A stretch of DNA of 63,940 nt, the filler included, from Octopus bimaculoides (taxonomy: Eukaryota), in the NCBI RefSeq assembly GCF_001194135.2. It is 4 parts of 4 records of this genome, joined end to end, with 100 filler letters (N's around TTAATTAATTAA, not from the genome) between each part and the next. Parts side by side here need not be neighbours in the genome. Positions count along the whole stretch, not along the records: positions 1 to 31,285 come from NC_068982.1; 3 more parts are not named here. One strand, given 5' to 3'. Each line of letters begins with the position of its first letter. Position 1 is the stretch's first letter. Positions 1-13,497 of this stretch are shown here, piece by piece. Position numbers and translations under genes: made by a program. The notes under the pieces were generated by a model, which searched no databases, was not told the origin of the DNA, and saw only the letters and a list, made by a program, of their open reading frames with translations.

Positions 1-240
1 CACGCGCGTACACACAGATTTGACTTCGCCATGTCAACAAACTTCAAAATTGGCAAAAGTTTATCGATTTTTACAGGTATACGCGGGTACCTCTGAGAGA
101 GAAAGTTCACTAAAATGCACATAGGGTCATTCCGAATCTTCTCCTAAAATTGGAGCGACATGCGTGCTAATTTGTGGACGTGCATAAACCACATTCACGT
201 ACACACACACACAAACATCCTCTGTTTTATAGATATTGAT
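1..240 (+). mobile_element. 3' end of a probable non-autonomous Helitron-like (HINE/DINE-type) repeat
   Basis: Ends in a (CA)n tract followed by atcctctgttttatagatattgat, which resembles HINE 3' termini. It is CpG-rich relative to its flank. Confidence 0.3.
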
Positions 241-2683
241 TACAGTTAACCATGTTGTACAGCAATACAGTGGTTCAATTATGGAGCCACAAATTTGTTA
301 GCTTCAAATGTTAAGTCTAAATCCTGTGCATAATTCTATGTTTTACTTTCAGAGGATGTCAACAGCTATTTGGAATCCATATCACTGGAATTAATTCTTT
401 ATCTTTCAAAAGTAACAAATCTCTACAGAGCAGAGATTGTTATACAAATATATAAATATGTGTATAATACATTGATAAACTATTTCATGAGGTATTAGAA
501 TTGAAGTGAATTCATGGTAAATTACCGAATGGAAATTTGTCCTATTTTATATAGAGGAAATAGATGGGGGCATACGAATTTTGTCTCTTTTAGCAGAAAA
601 AGGGAGAAAACAAATAACTACTCATATCAAGAAGATATTATTGATTTCACCTTACCCTACCTGCCCACCTAAACATAAGCAGCATCCAGCTCTAAATATT
701 AAATGTTAGACCTCATTCTCTGAGGAATTCTCATGGTGAAAGCACATCCTTAACATAGCCAGGGATCACACCTAAAAGATGGCCCTTCTTTTCAAGGACT
801 GAAAATATTTCAATCTCCTCAACAGTTGCTGCCATTCTACAAAGCTCAGGTAAGGTAACTATAATGACCTCTGCACTTCAGAGCTGGCTGGCTGGTCCCA
901 TATCATCTCTACTCATGTACTTCAACTCACTCATTTATCTGCCTATTATCACCCATGATGTCTCTAATCCTGCTAGGCTCCACATTAACCATTAAACACT
1001 GTCCTTCCACCCCAGAACGTTGGCCCTCTGAAGTTCCTTCCTTGCTCATGTCTTTTCTTGCAACACTTTAAGTAGAGCTTAGCTACATTGATCTCATCTG
1101 TTTAGGAGGGTCTACAAAGGCCATAAGCTTGGTCCCTTCATCTAGTCCTTGCAAGTAAAAACATAAATTGATAGATACAGTATCCATGTACATAAGATAT
1201 GGAGTTAAGTAAATATCACCTAAGCTCTGATCATCACTTAAGACTTAGTGATCAGCTCTGGTTTTGTAATAATTTGTTACATGATATAAATCTCTTCTGG
1301 GATAGGAAATCAGTGTATCTCACCATACATTTCAGATAAACTGATGCTGCATTTTCTGGCATCCAAATCGATGTAGCATATAGTATAAACATGGAGTGTA
1401 AACATTCAAACAATTTCAATATCTTTCCAAATCGTACTGCATTTCACATGGAATTTTTTTATCCTCCAAAGTTGTCTTGGTGTATACATTCTCATTTTTA
1501 GCTGTAAATTTTGGTTTGAAAAATTCAACTTGTATGTTGGGGAAAATGCATTATATGTTTTTAACAACTTGGTAACCTGAGGTATATAGGCTTTAGCACA
1601 CTGTACAAATATTAAACAAAATGCCTAAAGTGTGTTGTAACAGAAGATCTATCTTGATAGCTCAGTTTCATATTAATTTAATCATCTTGCAGTAAGAATT
1701 GATAGTGAGAATACTTTTTCATTTGTGAAAACTTGTAGAAAATAGCAATTAAAATAAACAACTGTCTACTGCCAGTTCCATCTACATACTTCAGCAATGA
1801 AGGAGCCTCTATGCAAGAAGTAGCAGCCATACCTTAGTGTCTCAAAGATAGACAAGATATGTTTGTAATGAGATCCCTAAAAAGGTCAGATGGTCATGGC
1901 TGTAATATTTTCAATCATATGTCTGCTTGATTGCTGTTGATTTGGGGCTCAATAATAACATATCTCACAGTGATATGGAAATAAAATGAAAAAAGGAGGG
2001 GGAAATTTTTGATAGATAGCATCAGTTAAAGAGAAATAGAAGAATGATATTTCATTCCTAAATTATAAATAGATTTGGAGTTTGCCATCAGGGTCTGAAG
2101 ATGACCTGCCAAATTAGAGAATAATGGTTTATTCTCTGTTTATTCCCAGTGATATAAACAGTCATCTTTATTTCTTCCAATTGTGCCAGCCATTCTATCC
2201 CCTTTCTTTGTCACTCCTCACTGTCATATATTTTCCTACTTCATGTATCAATCGAATTAGTAGACACACAACTACATATTCTTTGGATTGAAGAGAGCCA
2301 TGGCATAGTAATGGTGAAGTAAAAATATCAAATGACCTGAAGTAACTCATATGTTCAACATAGTCTTTATGCTAAACTTCAGTTTGATCAGAGACTATGT
2401 TATATATTGTAGGGTCATGTTGAGTGTAATGAGACAATCATTAAATGTTGAATCCACTTTGAAGTCAAACATGTTAACCTATGACTGAAAGCTTCAGTGC
2501 CACTTGTTGCAGAGATGGACAAATTAGAAGCAGTCGATGTGTGATTTCTTCAGATTCACTGAACATGGAGATAAAACTTGTACATGATTTGAACCTGGCA
2601 AAGCAACAGATGTTGCTGCTCTTTTTTAAATTTTTTTTTAGAGAATAGGGATGTGTCCATAATGATTGTAAGCATTTATAAGT

Positions 2684-2988
2684 GCAGGAGTGGTTGTGTG
2701 GTAAGTAGCTTGCTTACCAACAACATGGTTCCAGGTTCAGTCCTACTGCATGGTACCTTGGGCAAGTGTCTTCTACTATAGCCTTGGGCCAACCAAAGCC
2801 TTGTGAGTGGATTTGGTAGATGAAAACTGGTGTGTTTACGTCCCCCATAACTTAGCAGTTTGGCAAAACAGACTGACAGAATAAGTACTAAGCTTACAAA
2901 GAATAAGTCATAGGGTTGATTTGCTTGCCTAAAGGTGGTGCTCCAGCATGGCTGCAGTCAAATGACTGAAACAAATAAAAGAATAAAA
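2684..2988 (+). mobile_element. tRNA-derived SINE, family 1 (CORE-like central domain), internally deleted
   Basis: A-box-like tggttgtgtgg, B-box-like ggttcagtcc, central ccttgggcaagtgtcttctactatagcc and tail aatgactgaaacaaataaaaga; many other copies in the window. Confidence 0.85.
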
Positions 2989-4199
2989 TTCTGGTGACCA
3001 GTCAGATTACTACTTTTAATGTATATGTGTAATTTGTGTTTGCCTGGGTTTGGTAGGACAGATACTAATTTTTAATGGTGTTATAGTGTTTTGTAGCTTT
3101 TCTCATTGTGTCCAGGTGTTTGTGGGTGGATTAGTTATTGAGACTTTGTTAGTTGGAGCAAGTTGCAATCCTGAATGATATTTCTTGTTTGTTTCAATGG
3201 TCCTTCTGGTATATAATTGTCTAGTTGTGTAAAAGGCCTATGGGTGTGGTATATTAAACCACCTGTCATAATGCTATAATCTATACTTTTAAGAAGTATA
3301 TCAGTTTCTAAATATTACTTTCTTTGACACAATTATAGAAAAAGTTTTTTATGAGTTAACCAGAGGAGCAGGTCAGTGCCAATGACATTCACAGGTCTTT
3401 GCCCCAACTGGCAAAACTGATATGGATAATATTCAACTTGAACAGCTGGATGTTGACATCTACAGGAAGAGCATAAGTAGTAGAGAGTAAAGTTCAGAGG
3501 GTTGAAGTTCTGAAGAAGAACAGTTGAATGTTGTGTTTGCTGTGGGATCTTAAAGGTAAGACATGATAGTAGTGACAAAAAGAGCAAGGATGATGTGTTT
3601 TGAATGGTCTTGGGTGACAAGATTTTGGAGCTTGTTAGCTAAGAGGGGAAGAGGTCTTTCAATAACTATAGAAGAAAGACAAATAAAAAACTACATCTGT
3701 AAAGTAGTGGTTCTAGTGTCTTCCTGCCAATCAACCAAATAACCTTTTTGATACTGACTAGGATATTTGTGCATGTAGCAGCAGTGGTGTCCCAGAAATT
3801 TGAACAAAACCCTAATATAAGTCATACTTGGGTTTTAAAGAGAATCAGCAAGCAATGAGGATCAGATAATTTTCTGGCCCTGAAGAGAAATCCTAGTCTT
3901 TGGGATAAAGTTTTGGCACTATGTAAAGTCTGTTTGAAGGTTCATTTGAGATTGTGAGGCCAAGCATACATAGAGACTTTGTAGTTGCTCAACCTGCTAG
4001 AAATAGCAACTAAATTTCCTCATAACACACTGTACAGTCTTAAAAAAGAAATGGGATACTGGTCAATATAGTCCTAGAAATACAAAATGGCAGAATGGTC
4101 AGGACTGAAGTGTATTTCATCATAGGTCAGCTAAATCAGAGTTGACAACAATTTTGAGGGTTTAAAAAATTGTGTTATTCATAAGTAAGGATTGGAAGT

Positions 4200-5140
4200 T
4201 TGGAAGTGGTGATGACTTTTGTTTCCGCCTATAACAGTAGTATGATAGTTTCACTTTTATTCTTTCATTTTTGATGTAATATTGTTTCACCTTTATTCTT
4301 TCACTTTTGACTTCTGCTTTTTTTTTTCAGTGGTATAATATTGTTTCTCTTTTACACATTCACTTTTGATAAGACTATAATATTGTTTATTCTACAATAC
4401 ATACAGCTGCTTACAAAATAGAGATTAATGTATAATTTTTTCTATGTTCATAATTTTTTGTATACAATATTGAAAGATGCCACCAAAGAAAAGATGTAAT
4501 CTCTTCAGAAACAACTATAAAGCAAGGAGGATTGTAGAAAACCAAAGGCAAGAGTCTCAAGAGAGGAAGATGAGACTCTTTCTCAAGATCAGCAAACCAC
4601 ATGCTGCAGCACATCAAATGGAGTCTCAAGAGAGAAGGGAAATGAGACTTTCACAAGATCAGCAAATGCATGCTGCAGCATGTCAAATGCAGTCTAAAGA
4701 GAGAAGAGAAATGAAACTTTCTCAACATCAGCAAATGTATGCTACAGCACATCAAGTGGAGTCTCAAGACAGAAGTGAGATGAGACTTTCCTAAAATTTC
4801 CAAATAAAACTAATGGCATGCGCTGCTCAGGCAGTAAGGTAACATTGCCAGCACTACCAGCTCCTCCTCAACCTCTTATAGATCTGGAAGGCACTTCCAT
4901 CCAGTCAAATGATTTTCTGAGCAATATCAGACAATACAACTCTGCATTTCAAATGATATCATTTGGTGCAGCTAAGAAGATAGTTGAACATGGATTTATG
5001 CCAATGTTCAAAGTTCAAGAGCAAGTCTATCATCTTATTGCTTCCCTGTTACCCACAAATGAACAACTACACTTCCTTCAGATTTACTTCTTGAGTGATA
5101 TAGGACAACAAACCCGAAGGAGGTGTCAAAACTTCAGCCG
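4200..5140 (+). mobile_element. Helitron Rep/helicase N-terminal remnant
   Basis: MPPKKR start, 23-aa E/Q/R-rich repeats, then GMRCSGSKVTLPALPAPPQPL...FLSNIRQYNSAFQMISFGA...MPMFKVQEQVYHLIASLLP...FLQIYF, typical of Helitron proteins. Stop at 4792 plus a frameshift or deletion. Confidence 0.85.
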
Positions 5141-5519
5141 ATGGGTCGTGTTAGACTCAGAACTGACTGATGCAAAGGAGAGTATATCCACTGACAGCCT
5201 TTCGGTGCATTCAAAAATCACATACCCCCAATTTTCATGACGGGTTAGGGCCAGAAATACTCCAAACAGAGGCATGACATGTTGCTTAGTCGAATTAGCC
5301 CATCATTTACTCCACAAATGTTTTGTTGTCAATGCTGCACTTTCCCATATCACCTGTTTCAACATAACTGTAATATATATACAAACTATGCCATTTTAAT
5401 CCCGAGCAATGCCGGTATCTCTACTAGTATAATAGAAGTTACACACAATATTGTTATGCCTCTACTAAGTAAGTTTCCAATAGAATTATATAGGTCATGC
5501 AGCTTGTAGAAAACCCTTG

Positions 5520-6900
5520 GCTATTTAAGAATTGTTTCTATTCAGAAGACATTTTGGTTACTCCCGCTGTCTTAAAAAAAGCAACAATAGCATGCCAAAA
5601 ATAGAGAAGTGATGGTTCAAGCATTTTCTAACAACAGATGTATTTGTACCAGAGCGTGAATAGACAAATGGAAAATGAAGAAACTTTGTCAATTATGTTA
5701 CATGTACATTTGAATTATTAGAAGAAGTGGCTCTTTAAAATCTATTGATAAGCATTCAAATGAATAGGTAGCTTTTTATTAAAGGGGCTTTGTTTGGACA
5801 ATCAAAGTTAGGTTTAATTTTGTGCAGACTTACCATACTTCATCAACAGAAAACAGTAAGCTGTATACTTTTATAAAATGAATGTACTAAGGAATTATAC
5901 AGTAATTCTAAATTTATAGTTGTCAAAAGCAGTCGCACAAGTATGAGACATTTGATCGGCTGAACGATTCCCTAAGCCAGATCAGTAGTTTATAGTGTAT
6001 GAGAGAGGATGTTTGATTCTTCAGCAGAGGATTTTAGAAATTTTTTTTTCATTTTTCTTTCCCTGCTTTTTTATTGTCAAACATGAATGAAATGGATCTT
6101 TGATGTGTCACTAAAAATAAAATGTTTCGTGAGTAAATATTTCCATTTTCTCACAATTTTTGTAACTGCTTAAGCTTCTTTTTTGACAATGTAGTAGGAG
6201 TTTTTCAGAATTATTTAAGGACCATGAGAAACATACCACAGGTCTTATACAGTGTGATAATTTTGCCACAGTAGCTTCATTAGAGGCATCTGTTTTGATA
6301 GTAAAAGACAAATCATTACCAATGGTGGCCACAGCTACTCATTTAATATCATTTAAATAGAATTGGTGTATTTTATAGTGTTCTCAGACAGATGGAAACT
6401 TGCACCAGCTAACAACCTAATTTTAGAAAAGTGGGATAGGATCCATTTAACATATTTAAAAATCTCAAGCCTCTTTTGTATTTCTTTTTTTTACTAAATT
6501 AAATTATAGATAGCTCTTCAAGAAGTCAAACAAGTTCTGAATCAACGTGTAATTCTCCATGTGAAATCAGATTAGTTAACAGTTATTAGATTATCTTCAA
6601 ATTTATTTTTATTTAAGGTCAGATTATCGCATATTTTGATGGCAATTTTTTAAAAAATTCAAAAGGATTGTATCATGTTCTAATTTTGTTTTTCTACAAA
6701 CTAAAATATCTTAAAAATATAAACAGGTACCTTTAAGATTCTTTTTATTGATAAATTTATTCATGATTTGCTGAAACACTGAAATACCATTTATAATATC
6801 CATAGGAACTTCAGCAAAGTGATACAGATCTCTGCCCCCAACTGCTTTCTATAGGTATTATCCAAATTTGTTAATAAGTACTACTTAGATCAATTTTCTA
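5520..6900 (-). mobile_element. Degraded Ty3/Gypsy pol (RT, RNase H)
   Basis: RNase H motif FTIKTDASNEATVAKLSHCIRPVVCFSWSL (ORF 6111-6332). RT remnants FQQIMNKFI and DILVCRKTKLEHD lie upstream on the minus strand. Confidence 0.75.
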
Positions 6901-7949
6901 CAATGTTTATCTTTAGATAGCATATTTACTAGAGGTTGAATAAATGAAAAAGATGGCTTAGATTGTGAAGCAGAAGTGGTGTGACCAGCAGACCAATATG
7001 CAATAGCCTAGTTTTATGCTTTTACACTTTCAACACACAGCAGTTTTAGCTGGACATTAGGTTTAAAGATTGACTATTGAGTTGCCACAGAAAATACCTG
7101 TTCTTGAGGTATTAGAGGATACTGTGGAAATTTGTTCAAATTTATCCCTTAAGTGTCCATTGATAACACCTAAGTATCCCAAGGAAACAACAAACATTTG
7201 ATATGTTTCTTCTTTGAGTTTGTTCCAAAGGTTTAGCCTGCTTGCCAGATGACACTAGCCAGTGTTGAGTATTTTAAAAAAAAATTAAATTTATGTTCAA
7301 TATTCTAACTGTTCAGAGTAAAAAGAAACGGTTGGGTTTTAATATCCTTATGCATTCAATAAATAATAATTAAAATAAAATGGTTATGTCTCTTGCATTT
7401 TCATCTAGTACCATGCCAACTTTGGGCAACAAATAATATAATGATAAGTTTATTGTATACAGTGCTCAAATGTACTACAACTCATCAGAACAGATTAATA
7501 GGTGGGATAGAAAGCAGAAATATAATTCCCCTAAAGAAAGACAGTAATGAAGGCTATAAGCATGAGCACAGTACAGAGAATATTACATAAAACAGTAGAA
7601 AAGTGAACATCAAGAGATTCATAAAAAAGGAAAAGTGGTTATGTAGTGATGAAGAATTTCTGGAAGCATGGAATTTTTTAAGGATGCAGTGTTCTGTCAG
7701 CTAACAGCTGACATGAGTATTTTTTTTTCCGTGCTTTGAAAATTCTGAGCACAAAAGCTAATTATGTTGGAAAGATGATGGATAATCTTGTGGGCTACTA
7801 CTATATCACTTGCTATATGCTGAAACTTTAGTGTGTTAATGCACAAAAAGTAAAATGTTCAAAATATGGTAAGTGCTTGACAGAGATTATTCATTTGGTT
7901 GCTCATCTTTGGACAGCTTCCAGCATACTAATATTTTGAACAAGAGAGA

Positions 7950-10130
7950 GGTTCCAGTCTGGAGATGCAAACTCTAAGTGTGGACATACCATATAGCTTT
8001 AAATAGATAGTTGTTGAAAGCTGACAAAGGCCTTACTCAATGATGCTAAGACACATTTGGCGTTTTAGAAATGTGGTTCATCCAACATGAATGTGGTTGA
8101 TAATAATGTAGGTTACATTCACCAACAGATTTCTTAAAGTTGGTGTTGCAGAAGGAGCTGATAAATTCTGGGTGTTTCCACCTAAAATATATAGTGGTGC
8201 ATTTGTACAGCAGTTTGAGTTGCCACTCAGCAATCTCTTGTTGCATTCTGTCATGGTCAAAGTGCAGGAAAGATCTGAAAGATCTGTATGGTATAGAATC
8301 TTTTGTTTTTATTTCAGTTTACAGCTTAACGTCACAGCATGTTTCAACACAGCAATATTCTTCATGTTGGCATCTGTTTCATTTATGTATGCAGCAAATA
8401 ACAGTGGGCCAAGAACAAATTCCTGTAGGACACCAGCTATCATCATATTAGATGCAGTATGTACTAATAGTCTGAGTACCACTTTTTGACCAAAAATTAA
8501 GGATTTCAACCAGTTATAAAGATTAACCTTTTCGTTCATTGCAGACAGCTTCACTGAAAATTGTTTGTGTGGTACAGAATTAAAGACTTTGGTGATAGAT
8601 AACATCCATCCATAATTTGGATAATGTTTTCAAGAAATTTAATGAGTTGGTCAAATAAAGTTATGAGAGTTCCAGAAGTTCAAGAGTGTCTCTCTAACAT
8701 AGGGCTCCATCAATTTGGCAATATGGCTTGTGAGACTGTCTGGATGGTAATTGACAGGTGTTGTGCAGTCACATTTTTTGAATAGGTGAATAATGCTGGC
8801 AATTGTTCTGAAGCAATGCAATTATTAAGACAGAACTGGAAAAGTAATGAAAGCTGGTGTTGTAGAAAGAGCCCTTTGCATTAAAGTAGTTAAGTAACAC
8901 CTTCAAGACCAGGTGAGGCATAGCTATGCATATGCTTCAGGTGATGTCACAGCATTGCAGGAATAAATTCAACAAATGATATGGAATTTGGTATCAGCAG
9001 CAGTGATGACAGTACATCTGGATCTTCAACAGTAAAAATGACAGCATAGCGTTTGGTAATAAGTTCTGCACATTCTTTGGGATCATCAGTGATCAGACTT
9101 GTGTGAAGAATGTGAAGAGGGTCAACTGGAGAGTGAGGCCTTTGCTTTAAATTCACATATTTTCAGAACATTTTACTGTTCAGGCTGGTTGCTATGCATT
9201 GTTCAAATTGAAGTGCTGTCTTTGTAGTCCCCTGCTTGATACAGTTCAATGCTCTACTGCATTTTCTCCTTTTATTCTCTCTTCTGCATAATCTGAATCC
9301 GCATTCAACAACTTGTTCTTTCCTGACAAAGCAGACAGGTGCAGTCTTTCATATTGCACTTCTGGGGTCTCTAATGAGTTTATATGGTCTGACACTTTGC
9401 ATGTGGCCCAGATTGAATTAAGAATTAACTGACATTTCTAGAATCATAAAATGCAAGTCAGTTTGAGTATTGCAACTCAGTACACAGTGAGTTCTAGTCA
9501 GCTTTGTTTCAGCCAAAACAAGCAGTTTGGAAGTGGTGATGACTTTTGTTTCTGCCCATAACAGACAGACTGGTAATGATTATAGCATGATTGGAGTCAC
9601 CTAAAGGTTCCCTGATAGTGATATTGATGACAACAATTTCAGGAGCAGTGATGAGTAGTAGATGCAAAGTGTTGGCATCTCTTGTAGGGAAGGTGACTAA
9701 TTGGGACCATTTTGAATCTTGCACAAAGTCAAGGAAATCTTTTGCTCTTTGTGGCCAGTGGAAAGTTTCCTGATCAATCTGTAGGCAATTGTAATCACCA
9801 GTGAAGAAAAGATAGGTGGTTGTTTTCCAAGATGCAGCTCTGAGGATATAAAAAATCTCTGTCTCTTGACGGTAGTTTGGGGGATGGTAAACAGCCCCAA
9901 GTAGAAGTGATGATATATGTCTCTTTTAAATTGATTAAAGTATAATAACTGGAACTTTCATTGCTGGTATTTTCAGTGAATCTGATGACGACAATATTTG
10001 AGTGTATTTCACATATAAAGAGTCCCTTATAAATGATAGTGTATTTTCTTCATCTGTTATAGCTTTAAAACCATAATCATGAGTTAATACAATTAAATTC
10101 TAGCCATTTTTAGAGCATCATCAAAAGTTG
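7950..10130 (-). mobile_element. Degraded CR1/Jockey-clade LINE ORF2 (APE endonuclease + RT)
   Basis: Endonuclease end QLVTFPTRDANTLHLLLIT...EPLGDSNH (9509-9724) and RT KVFNSVPH...LYNWLKS...GVLQEFVLGPLLFAAYINE (8309-8605); many stops. Confidence 0.85.
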
Positions 10131-10263
10131 TACAATCATATATGGTGTATACTATATTAAGCACAATGTGTGTGTGTGTGTGTGTGTGAGCAAGGGCCTG
10201 CCTGAGTTTGTTAGGATTAAAGTCTGAGTCAGTAATTATTAGGAAATTCTCCTAATCCATAAT

Positions 10264-10492
10264 TTAACCCTTTAGCATTTAAACAGACCATATCTAGCCT
10301 AAATATTCTACCAATTCTATATTCTAACTGACCAGATTGAGCCTCTCACACCTATCATACAATGTCATTCTAAAAATAGACAGTCACTTTATTGAAGTGT
10401 TGAAGCTACATGATAATGCATGATTAATTCAAAACAATGTGAATAAATAAGAATTACATTTGACAGAGTAATCATAATGCTAAAAGGCTTAA
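10264..10492 (+). mobile_element. piggyBac-type MITE
   Basis: TTAA|CCCTTTAGCATT ... AATGCTAAAAGGC|TTAA termini; second copy at 11128. Confidence 0.7.
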
Positions 10493-11127
10493 ACTTCTTA
10501 TCATATAAAGAAGATTTTGTTGGAATATTAAATTTCTCTGATCTAGCCATGCTATCCATTTTCCTTCAGTGATTGATATCTTTTTAACTGATTAAACTGT
10601 TATGATAAAGAACTTCTGGATATAATCCTTTGGTTACCATTGCTGACCCACAATGCTTCCAATGCACAAGTACATAGATTGCAGAATTACTATCCACTAA
10701 TTATTTCCTATTTAACAACAAGAGTCATCAGTAAACAAGTACTGAAAGTATGCAGAGACAAGGAAGTTGTTAATAGGAAATTATGTAGAGTGTAAAATTT
10801 CAATTTTCAAATCCTAATTTTCATGAATTTTTGCAATCTGAGTAACATGCTCCAGCATTAATTTAGCTCTTTGCCTTATCAAAAAGTTAGAGTTAAAATG
10901 TTAGATTGAGCAATATATACTGTCTTTTAGAGACAGTATATGTTGCTTGACTAAAAGAAATAAGTGAGATGCAGATAGAGATGAAAGGAAGAGAGATAGA
11001 AAGAGAGAAAGGGGGGAAGGAGAAATAAAAGGGGAGAGAGAGGGAAAGAGAGGGAGTGAGGGAGATCACGTTAGTTGCATAATTAATGATACATGCTAAA
11101 ATGTAACACACGTCCGTTAATTTTAAT

Positions 11128-12462
11128 TTAACCCTTTAGCATTTAAACTGACCATATCCAACCCAAATATTCTACCCATTCTATGGTCAAACTCACCAAA
11201 TCCAGCCTCTCACACCTACCATACAATATCATTCGAAAAATAGACAATCACTTTATTGGAATGTTGAAGCTACAAGATAATGCATGATTCAAAACAATGT
11301 GGATAAATAAGAACTTATAATGGAATTGAAGGCTTGTGATACCTGTGGAGTATCTCTTTCTCCCATTATAATAGTTTTGTAGCTTCAAGGAGCTGGAATG
11401 AGTTGCCGGTTTGTGCCATCTGTGAGAAGCAATGTGATGAGGATGGCTCCATGGTACATCACATGGTTGATACAATAAATATAAATAGAACAATGCATAC
11501 ATGTGCCAGAGAGAAATAAGAGACACAACCGGGAAGAATGTTTAAGAGAAGATTTATTGATATGTTAACATGTGTGATTGTGTGTGCATCATATATCCAG
11601 AATGATAGACAGACCGTCATAAGAATAAGATGTATGCAGGTTTTTTGTAGACATAGACAAATGTGTGTTAAGAACATATAAGGATAGCGATGAAGAAGAG
11701 ACAGTGAAAGAGTCTATAGCCATCGAAGTGAGGAGTAAGCTCATAGACACAAGAATGATAAATGCCAGTTCGTATTCAGTTGTACACGATAGTTGAAATA
11801 TTGTATCAAGAAGTTGTGGCAATGATGCAGAGCTGATTGCGGTACATGTTATACATGTAGTTGTAGCTGTGATGCTGCTGCCTGGATCACTTGGTACAGG
11901 AGTTCTCGCAGGTTGTATATTCACTGTTGATCCATGGTGAAGTAGTTCATGAACAGTGCAATGTTGTAAGAGTATGTAGAGAGATGTTGACGTTGGGACG
12001 AATGGTGGCGATGGAGATGGAGGTTGCCGAATGCTGTTGGACGAAGTTGGTGAGTCTCCACGTGGCTGCTGTTGTGTTGTCACTGGAACTGGCTGTGTCT
12101 TGTGTGATCAGTGGCTAGACCTTAAAAGGTCTGGAACTAAAAGACCTCGAGATGAGGAATAGTTGGGTTTTTTATAAGGAGTTGTAGGTTCAGCTGAGGT
12201 AGAAAACAGGCTGTCACATGTGACCTTATTTGAAGGCTGCGATTGATAGGGTTGCATATTGGTGTGTGATAGAGCAAGAGACAAATTGCGCCAATACCAA
12301 CCAATCAGAGTAGTGGACACAACAGAGTCTAAAATGCAGCCAAAGGCTAGCTGTTATCTACTATGTTCGTATGTATGTATATATAATAGAGAGGAGAGGA
12401 ATTTCACTCAAGTGTATGCTACAAACTACATCTAACAGAGTAATCTCAATGCTAAAAGTTTA
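11128..12462 (+). mobile_element. Second piggyBac-type MITE, split by a nested insertion
   Basis: 11128-11315 matches the 5' part of the 10264 copy and 12424-12462 matches its 3' end. Confidence 0.7.
11316..12423 (-). mobile_element. Solo-LTR-like insertion (about 1.1 kb)
   Basis: Flanked by a 4-bp AACT duplication, with TA(TG)taat...ctaCA ends. TATA-like and AATAAA motifs read on the minus strand. No coding remnants. Confidence 0.5.
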
Positions 12463-12822
12463 AACTTAACCATATTAAGTTGATCCAAATGATCTCAATC
12501 CATACCAATAAAAGTTTTCGCTCCTCAATTTTAATTACCGCAATGCAGTATCAGTAAAATATTTCATCCCTGATGTATGAATTTGTTTCAAATATCAATT
12601 CCCACTTCACTTCATGATGTAATCCTTTTAATAAATGACTCATTTGTGTATACTTACCATCTACTTTAAAATTCCTGACACCATTTTAAATTGTGTCTCA
12701 TCATACATCATTAAGTATTCCATTTGAGCAGTGTATGTGCTGTCTTTTGTTAATATCAGGGGTGGGGGCTGAGGGGCATGTGTCCCCACTCAAGAAAATA
12801 AATGTACCCTTCTAAATAATGT

Positions 12823-13073
12823 ACATTATTTACAATGGACAGAGAGGTGTCTTCACCTTGTTTGTTGTTACCACAATGTTTCGGTTGATGTTCTGTCCAG
12901 CCTTGGCTGATGTACTCTCCAGGGTTGTGCTCAAAATTCCACCAGAACACATGCTGAAGGCTGGAAAATACATCAGCTGAAATGTTGTGGTAACAACAAA
13001 CAAGGTGAGGACACTTATCCGTCCATTGTAAATATTGTACATAATTCCTCATCTCAAAAATATAGAATAGTAT
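12823..13073. mobile_element. Palindromic Penelope-like non-autonomous element, copy 1
   Basis: Inverted arms of about 90 bp carrying degenerate ...aaggctgg...cagccgaaac motifs; 14-bp TSD cttctaaataatgt at 12809-12822 and 13074-13087. Confidence 0.7.
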
Positions 13074-13497
13074 CTTCTAAATAATGTTATTACACCCTTT
13101 TCTCCTTAATTGTATTCCCTTCTGACATTGTGCCCTCCCTTCAAAAAATTCCTTGGACCGCACCTGAATACTATGTTCAACACAAACATGCTTTAATAGA
13201 AGCTTATGTTATAAGAATCAGTAAGAGGTATCAGAAAGATTTCTCTGTAGTAGCATATATAGTTTTTGCTGCTTTATTTTTATAAGCATCATGGCACTGG
13301 CTTTACCACAATATTACCACACCTGCATTAATTGGATGACCTAAATAACATTTATTTTCAGTGAAAAGATTTATATTGTTGATGCTATCAATAAGGTGAA
13401 TGCTCTGGTTTGAAAAAAATGTGTCTTAAATACCATCTATTCATCTGTTAGGTACATTCTCTCTCTCTCTCTCTCTCACCACATACATATATATATC

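Noticed and set aside
2684-2760. tRNA genes at SINE heads (also 23600-23690, 45118 and 61975)
   Set aside because: They have A/B boxes but no full cloverleaf and continue into SINE bodies.
3333-3620. 95-aa Cys-containing ORF
   Set aside because: No recognisable domain; probably a decayed retroelement fragment.
11589-12083. 164-aa Ser/Pro/Thr-rich ORF
   Set aside because: Lies inside the solo-LTR-like insert; low complexity with no domain.
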